Positions 53,701 through 62,700 of a stretch of 64,000 nucleotides of DNA are shown one piece after another; position 1 is the first letter of the stretch; each line of letters begins with the position of its first letter. Position numbers and translations under genes: made by a program. The notes under the pieces are model-generated. The model ran no database searches, was not told where the DNA came from, and worked only from the letters and a program-made list of their open reading frames with translations. The DNA comes from Phoronis australis (Eukaryota > Animalia > Phoronida): assembly GCA_002633005.1 (NCBI GenBank), contig NMRA01000953.1, forward strand, positions 1 to 64,000, read 5' to 3'.

Positions 53701-56700
53701 CCTGCAGTGCGCGGCAACACGCTGTCCAACATTTAGGTTGAGCTCTGATACGCCGTAAAACGTAACAATTTCGTAAAATGTAATGACACTTTACGTCATT
53801 GTTGCATTTCACGTTACCAGGCCTCTCCTAACATGTACAAAGTTGTTAAATTTTATGAAATTGTTACAATTTACGTCGATTGTACATGCGAGAAATATAC
53901 AATTTTTACATTTTACGAAAACGACGTCATACTCCATGGTATTTGTCTTACGGAGGAAAAGGGTTCACACCATTAACGGCTTCTTTATCGGATCGAATTT
54001 TTAGATGTGTCCTGTGCTTTCCATTGAATTTTTATCATGAATATTTTTAGTGTGGTCACAAGTGTACCCCGTACAGTTTCAACTCCAGGCGAAAGGAGTT
54101 TCCAGGATCAAGTAACAACTCTGTTACTGTTGGAGAGTTCTTGCAATCTTATGTTGACAAGTCATGAACCAATGGTGTAACCAAGAAACAATGCCTCTTG
54201 GCGCTTTCTGGGTCTGTATATTTATTGTACTGATTATTCCAAAATAAACACTCAATAAAAATGGTGCATCCGACATTACAGTAAACATTCTTCCCTTGGT
54301 AAGCACAGCAGAAGCAATGACATCGTATTTGTACATGTATATGTTACTAACGCACACGAAGAAAATTGTGGGATATTACATGTATATCGCGATAAGTAAT
54401 ATGCAAGCCAATTTAGACGAAAGGAAAAGTACGTATAGCGTGAACTACTTTTAACGAATCTTTAGTGTTAAGCGGTAACATCTGTATAAATGTCTTTTTG
54501 TTATTGTATACATGTATGATTTGCCTATTTTTTGTACGTTCTCATTGGGAATGGTGACTTACAGTATATGTCCAACTTGTGGCTGGGTAGCAATTGCTAC
54601 AGGTCAATTAATTAAATGAATATTGATTAACTGATTGATTGATATATGTCGTTGCGAATTTGTTAAAAAACTTGAACTTATAAAGTGTGTGTTTATTTCA
54701 TGTAAACTAGGAGCAGTTGTAAACAAATCAAAATATGAAACAAATTTACATGAAATTACTAATTAACAGCCTTCTGCTACTTGTACTTCTGAACTGGCAT
54801 TAGGTTGAGCAGACGATAGGAAGCAAACGTTGTTTTAAAGAAGATTAATGAAAAAAATACCTGTTAAATTTTTATAGAATCAATAAAATAATATCGTAAT
54901 ACAAAACATGTTATACCCATTATCGATTTTTGTTTGCTTTCATTGACTAAATACAACACGGTAAGGACAAAGAAGTATTTGACGTAGTAATACATATATA
55001 TCTACCATGGCAACGACTGATTTATGACTAGTTGGCCAAATAAGGGCGCTGCATTGTTTAGGTTGCGTGTTTGCGTACTTTAAACACAGTTTTCACCTTA
55101 AAGTTCATCAAGTTTGTTGAAATTAAATTTCATTTGATATTTATTTGAATGATACGTTTATGATTTGTGCTATATATTTGGTCCAGTTGTCACATGTGTT
55201 TTTCAATTATCGGAGACTCAAACACCAATGCTGTGAGTGTGAGCATTGGGTGGGGGAGTAGAGTTTAAAAAACTACCGTTACTCTTATAGGTTTAGTCCA
55301 CCAAATACATTACACCTTACGGCATTGTCAAGGATATTTTTCTAGAGATGATAAGGGTACATGTATTTGCTCTATACAAAAATACGGAAAAGTAGTTTTG
55401 TTGTATTTCACGGTGTGATAACACAGATATTTCAAATCCGTACCATCACCAATGTATGATAATGGCTAAGTTGCATTTCTTCGGGAAAAGTCTACAATAA
55501 AATGTTTCATGGCAGTTTCAATTCGGGAGCCAATTTGATAGAAAACCGTTTAGTCCTATTAGTAATACAACCAACGATACCGTGCTTTGAAGTTGCCGCA
55601 AGTCCAAGACAATTTTTAATCTCAACCTCCTCTTTTCCAAAAAGTGGGCCTATTCTGCATCCACAGCTACCAAAGTGTTTCTCACAATATCGTTAATGAG
55701 AACCCCTTTAAAATCCTTTTGAAACAGCACTCGCTGTCCTTTATGGGATGCCCGGTGAAAATATTGAACCATAAATGAGATGATTTTAAAATCTTTGAGG
55801 ACCATGATGCACTAGCACTTGCTAAGAATGTAGTTTAAATTTTGCACTAAGTCCTCGTTCGAAAATGTTAATACTAATAATAACAGTAATAATGATAATG
55901 ATTAGTCAAATTTATGCCGCGTCAACATGGAGGATTTTTCTGTAGAAAAGGCATACAAAAAGGGCCGACCAAAAGAGTGTTTTTTCATAGCATATAATAC
56001 TTTCCAAAATAGTGCCATTTTCGACAAAATGCTATCTCAAATGGTGCCTTTTCTGAATTTCTGGAATTTTTACATAAAATTACTGACTCGATAAATGGGC
56101 AATTTTTTGTCCGAGCCCATTCTCTAAATGAGTAGGTATCCAAATATTCGCCCAAAAATGCTCGAGTACTCCTGACCGTAGTTTTGGTCATTTTCCTTGT
56201 GATATGACGTTGGTTTCGTAAACTGTGTCAATGATACATTTCTCGAACGCGGATTCGACGTAAAATGCAACATGTAAGCAAAATGTAACAACTTGCTCCA
56301 TTTTAGAAGAGTCTTAGCAACGTTCAGTGTAACAATGACGTAAAATGTAACAGTTGTTACATTTACGAAATTATTACATTTTATGGCGTATGAGAGCTCA
56401 AATGATCAGTCACAACATACGTATGGATTATAGCGATAAGATTTAGTAACGGAAAAATTCCGCGATGACGAATCTTTATTTCACTATAGAAGTGTCAGTA
56501 CGTTCGATATTTAGGTCTCCTAAATGTAAAAAGATAAACCTCTCCATTCTTGACCAGTCAGGAATGCAAGCCGCCTCAAACGAAAAGCCAGCCGGAAGGA
56601 CATCATTCTGTCAGCACATCTCTCCATGTTGTCATCATCTTCGTCTGCATTTCTGCAGTCCGGACACGGTGCACCTTCAACGCCACACCATTTGCTTGTT

Positions 56701-59700
56701 GCTTCTCCATTAGCAAACGAAACGTCATTCATGTAGTAATAGAAAAGCCTAGCAACATAGAAGTTAAATTACTTTGTATGCGTCAATTTCTTTGTGATGG
56801 TATCGCATGCATACACAGTCACAGGCATTTCGAAGGTTACTGGTTACGCGAGCTGGAAGGGTAGGTGAAAAGTGTTTGTGCAGCTATGACTTATTCTTAA
56901 TCGTCTTCTTCAGTTGAGCAGTTGACCAGCTTCCAGTTTGGTTACTGCTTTGATGTTTCACGGAAAAAATAACACCAAGTGTCACTGTTTTAACCTTTGA
57001 AATTTTATCTTTTGAGGTAGTGATATAAAATTTATGTTATACATTTGCTTTGAAAACCATTTTTAAGGCGGATGTGTATTGAATTCGAGTTTTAAAAAAT
57101 GTCAGAGCCCAAGATTCAGAGTGCTTATCTCTACACTGTCTATACTGTGGATCCTTTTGTTCAGCCTATTATTTTTAGTCTTATTTGGTTATGAATTGAC
57201 CATAGACTATTTATTCATGATATTTTGTTCCATTGCCACGGTGCAAAATTGTGAAGAAGTACAAGCAACAATACGACAGACACAATGAAAGGATGGGTGC
57301 ATTCAGCAACATACGGGACGGCACTAGATTACAGGTCTTCTTCCACTGCTCGTGAGCTTACTACTGTATTCAAGTTTCTGAATTTTAGGCAGGTTTGGTG
57401 ATGACTATACAAACCCCAGTCTCTACTTATAAGTAGAGACGGTGGCAATGCCATGAGGCGTTCCTACGGGGGAAGCTTTTCGCTGAATTATGCCTCTGAC
57501 TCATTAAACGATTGAAGTCACGTTGCTATTTTTTCATTTTGTGCATAGAGGGAGACATTAGGAGGTCGTCCTTCCAACTTGAACCAATACTGCCGCAATT
57601 AAACTTTTTGGAGCAGTCATTCGTCCAGTTGCCCAAAACGGCAGCTAGCCATTTTTACACTCCTCGCGACAAGATAAATAACGTCATACGGCTACATCTC
57701 AGCAAAAATACTTAGGAGGAAACCTCCATGCATTAGTTGTTTAGCGTGTATTGTACAGTTCTCAACTAAGGAAATGAAATTGCAACACACAATGCAATGA
57801 GAATTTGAAAATTGAACCTTTCTGATCAAATTTGAGAAAATGTTGTCCTAAACGCCATGTAATAATTTGAATAACATACATGTATTTAGCATGTGATTTG
57901 TTGAAATATTTGACTGTCAAAGGTTACTGCAGTTGTGACTTTTTTCCGTTCACAATTTGTGAGAATACATGAACTACTTGTAATTCGATAACACAGAAAT
58001 TACGAGAGTTAATATATTTTTACTAGCATAACAACAATTGCTTCCTTTCTCGGAATAACAGCTAACATACAATTGCGCAAAATCACCCTCAAGTCATCCT
58101 TATACTAATTGCATACAAGCTGCATCGAATAGTACCTGTGAAACCTTTCATCGTCTCTTGTGATTGGAGCAGCTATTGGAAGACAAACGTCATCCATCGA
58201 CCATTCTGCATCGGTAGACTTCCCTTCACTTAATTCAGGAAATCTATCACCACACCAGCTTAGACTTGGAAAATCACCTGCCGAAAATAAAAACCGCTTA
58301 GAATCCATTTTGCTTTTAAACTTTCCCAAGATAACATCAAAGTTTATCAAAATTAACGTGCCTACCGCCACACAACTGTGTTTGACGGCATTGCCACAAC
58401 GAACTGACTTTCTTCAAATTCCAGATTAGTGCAGTGCTAAATTTGTGTTTTTAAAGGATGCTGTTCTGAATCAGTAAAGAAGTGGTACAAAATTGAACTT
58501 ACGACCAGTGAAAACAGGCTTCACGTCCACTTTTTTCGTTGAATAATCAACATCTATTGTCACAAGGTTCACGGCATTCTCGTTTTGCTTGTGTGTGTAT
58601 AATGCCCCGCTGCTACCAGTCATAACAAATTTTCCAGAGGAATTTCCACAGAGGGCAGTTGGTTGAGTCCTGAATCGAGCATCAGAAGAACTTGCCTTAA
58701 GTAAGTTTTCTGAATCTAAGACCTCTTGTAAGACCGAGCAGGCTGGATTGCGATAAATTAAAGTAGGATCGCCGGACGTGATTACGACTTTTGGCTTAAC
58801 GGCACTCAAGAAACTGCCAGTGTTAGCTTCACTACGGTTACTACCGTGACGCCCAAGCTTGTAAACATCAGCAGTGACGTCAGTATTAAGCTTAAGCAAG
58901 TCAACTGATTGTTTTTCAGAAACATCGCCGACAAACAGCATTTTGAAATGAGCATTTATCAATTTCAAGACCAGGCCACTTTCAGAAGATTTAGATCCAA
59001 TTTGAGAAGACAAAATCTGCAACGATACTCCTGGGCACACAGCTTTCTCGGGACATTGTTGTGCTCCAAGACATCGTTGAATTTTTATATGAGTAAATCG
59101 TTGTAACGTTGAAGACATCTCTCTATTTCCAGAGGACGAATAGTACAAGTTGATGGACGGTAATTGTCCCAATACATCCGTCAACAGGTTCTTGCGACCA
59201 TCATCTGTTCCCGTCAAGAACACGTGTTTTATTCTATGAACATTCTCTTTTCCCATAAACGTAGAAACATGGGAGCTTTGCCAGAAACCTTTATCTGAAG
59301 ACGATCGGGAGCCCATATCGACAAGTGTGATGTCACCGTTAGGGCACTGTATTATGGTAGCATCACCTTCGCCTACAGGGAGATCAAACACTCGCAGCTT
59401 CTTTGGTTGCGCTTTCGGCATAACTGAAATCATACCACAAAAATAAAAATATAGTGATAAGTCTGGACACGAGGACTCCTATTTCCATATTCAAACATGT
59501 ATATGTGTAAGGTAAATGCAAAAATACAATAATATTAATAAATCAAATTGGCATTGTACCAACGCTTTTTAAAAATTAATACAACTTTTCAATGACCCAT
59601 TGTTAACATTCAAAAACGCAAATCAAGGCAATGCAAATCAAATTAATAAAATTGTGTCACATCTTCTCATACTATGATTTAATATTACGTGTACATGTAC

Positions 59701-62700
59701 CCTGAAATGTACGAATACTGTCAAAACATGAACTGTGACCCATTTGATCACTGCTTACTTAATTGGGCCACTTCGTCTGGTGGAACGATATACGATCCCC
59801 CAATTCCTTCTGTCAGGACTTATATCAGTTTGATAGCATATTTTAATAATATTAAAATACTCACTACTCAAGTATCTCGTGTTTTTGGACTGAAGACTGG
59901 GTTGAACACCTACAGTTACGCCGTGTTTACTTCGTTTGACATTGCAGAAATTTGCACATGTTGCAAGATCTGATAGTTTATTCATAACGAGAGCGTGGTC
60001 TTCCGCTGAAGACGAAGACGATGTCACATCAAGGGTCACCAGACGACCTTCTGCCACCATATCAGACGGATCAAGCGGATTTTTGACGATTAGCTTACCT
60101 ACAAAATCAAATTAAGTAATTGTGGACAATCCAAGCTATTTGGTCTAGAAAATGCGGCGTGGTGTACAACATGTTAGTGATATTTTTGCTTATTCATGTA
60201 TTTGGAAGCGTGCAACAAACGACCCAGTTATTAAGAGATACTTACGATTTTCCCATCCTGTTTCTTTCCTTATAAGTTTACTAAACTTCAGAACCATAGA
60301 CGCCATGTTGGGGTGCATTGGGGGTGTGCTTGATGTGAAGACGATATTTCCTTCAGATAATGACATTAGTCTAAACAAGAAAAATACAAGTTTAAATAAT
60401 TCATTTGCAATAAGAAAAACATGTTGGTGTTTGCTGAATTTAAAAATCCCCGTGATATTTTGATCCACGTCGGTTGTAATCCTAATTTCGGAGATAGTAT
60501 TTCATCAATGATAAGGTAAAACTTATTCCAACAATCAAAACTATTGGTTGGATTGACACAACATCGAGCACAACAAAACAATTTTTCAAGATGGCAATTA
60601 CACAGCTATACATGTACTACTTACATCGTGCATGCTGAGCGACAACAGCTGTCAAAATTTTAAGAAAGAATCACGCCGAAGTGTTTTACCTGTTTTTCCC
60701 CGATTTAGTAGAGGAAGGGTTGCAAGGTTTGACTGCTTCCACAGCGCAAGTTAGCCTTTCAGCGCTAGCGAGGTACAAGGGTTTCTTCAAAAGCGAAGTT
60801 TTCGCTGTCTGCAATTCCGTCAGAATATCCCATTCCCTAAGAATATACTGAGCTGTTAATTAACGACCACACCCACCTTATTCATAATGTTTTGTTGGAC
60901 AAAAAAAACATAGTCGAAAGTATTGTCAAAACTGAAAGCTAACTTACCATAATGTTCCAATGACAGACATATTTAGTTTAGTTGGTTTCATTTCCCACAC
61001 CATGTCCAAAGTCAGATTAGCGTTGAATGTTCCAACCATCGCATATCCCATTGCTGACTGAACATCAAATTTCATCTGCACAGTGGGCTCAACTCTGAAG
61101 TAGAAAGAAGTACATGTAACATTCACGAATTCCATGATGGGTCCAATTATTCGTCAATAGAAATAACTGGTTTTTTCGTAAAATGATATTACGTGTTCTT
61201 AAAATTGTATATTGCCTCGACTAATTTGTAAACTTACCTGACTGTTAATGGTGCATTGAGCGTCATCTCAAATATTGACTCAGCCACTGTCCACTTGAAG
61301 GCTGTTTCGAACTCAACCTTAAAAGTATTTCCGATAGTATCAAAAACAGAAACGTACAGTTCACCTGACTTGATATCTCTTATGCTTGCTTATTCGACAC
61401 TCAAACAATAAGCTTTCTTTAAAGATCAAGATTTCCCACATTACGGAGGTTACAATAAAGACACATACACCATGTTTCAACAAGTTTGTGGAATTAAATA
61501 TCAATGAAATACTATGATGTAAAGGTATTCAATTACCTGCGGGAAAATACTGACAGTCCCCGACACGTCTGCTGCTTTTTCGACTACTGATTTGCTAATT
61601 GTGACAGGTGCATCGTCGCGCAAAACATCAATCTTCAACATCCGATCTGACACTTTTGTACTTGCTAGTTTCCACACGATGGTGGGAAAACAAAGTTTCA
61701 GTCAAATGGTGAAACATTCCAGTGGCGTTAAGGAATATAACATTGACTCAATGAACCAAGCAACTAACACTGCCAACAACTTTTATTTCCTTTTTGCACT
61801 CTAACCACATCGAAGCTCAACATGTAAATTCGCAAACTACGTACATACTACACCATTGCAAAGGAGAAGTAAATATCAGTACATGCATGTACATGTATTG
61901 GATGTCATGGCCGGCATTTAGTCGATCATTTGTTTTACCATTATCTCAATAAATTGAGAACTGTATCTTATGTTATGGAATAACACTACTGTATGTTAAA
62001 CGTGTACTTACTAACAGTAAATCTAGACGTTGTGTTAAATGCTGTGTCCAGAGACATTGCAGCACTTGCTTCAAATGAAGCATTTAGCCACAGCTCAGCC
62101 GTTGAAGACACCACCAGGCTCACGTCTTTACTGACTGGGATTTGAAACGTCTGGGGATTTTCTGCTCTCCATAGTTGCTGGAGGACCTCAGTGCTGAATT
62201 CTTCTTTGGTGGTGAGGGACATCGTATAACTCAAGCTTGCTTCCACATCAAACTGTAATGACACGGACACTTCATTATTGCTTCTGTTAGTATCATTTAA
62301 AAATATCATTCAAAATATTCGACTTCAAGCCTTTGATGAACTCAAAGGACAGAACTTTGTCTGAATCTGTCAAACTATGGATTATTTTGTAATTAAGTAA
62401 AACATGTCACCAATATGGGAAGGCGTCGACATTTATGCATAACTGAATCGGATACTTGACTGGTTCAAGTCACGTTGAAAACTGCTGAACACACACGTAT
62501 AATTATGAAAACGTTAGTATGGAGACTGTTATGGTTGATTGGGTTAAAAGTTTGTTCAGGGTCGGCAGCTGATTACTTACCTGTAGCATGTACTTTTCAA
62601 ACACAACCCGCTGATCCTTGTCTCGACTAATTTTTAGCTCACTGAAATATCGAATACATCAATGATACATGTAGATGAACATTGATAACCAAAGCGTATA

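Noticed and set aside
51818-58277. Calling the gene hedgehog or hedgling
   Set aside because: No N-terminal CGPG at the domain start, no Hint/Hog, no VWA-cadherin array, and the Zn ligands are lost. The CGPG at ~50500 lies downstream of the Hedge domains and is probably coincidental.
58471-59433. Stand-alone bacterial comEC gene or contaminant
   Set aside because: It has splice sites in phase with flanking eukaryotic exons, and there is no competence membrane domain or operon context.
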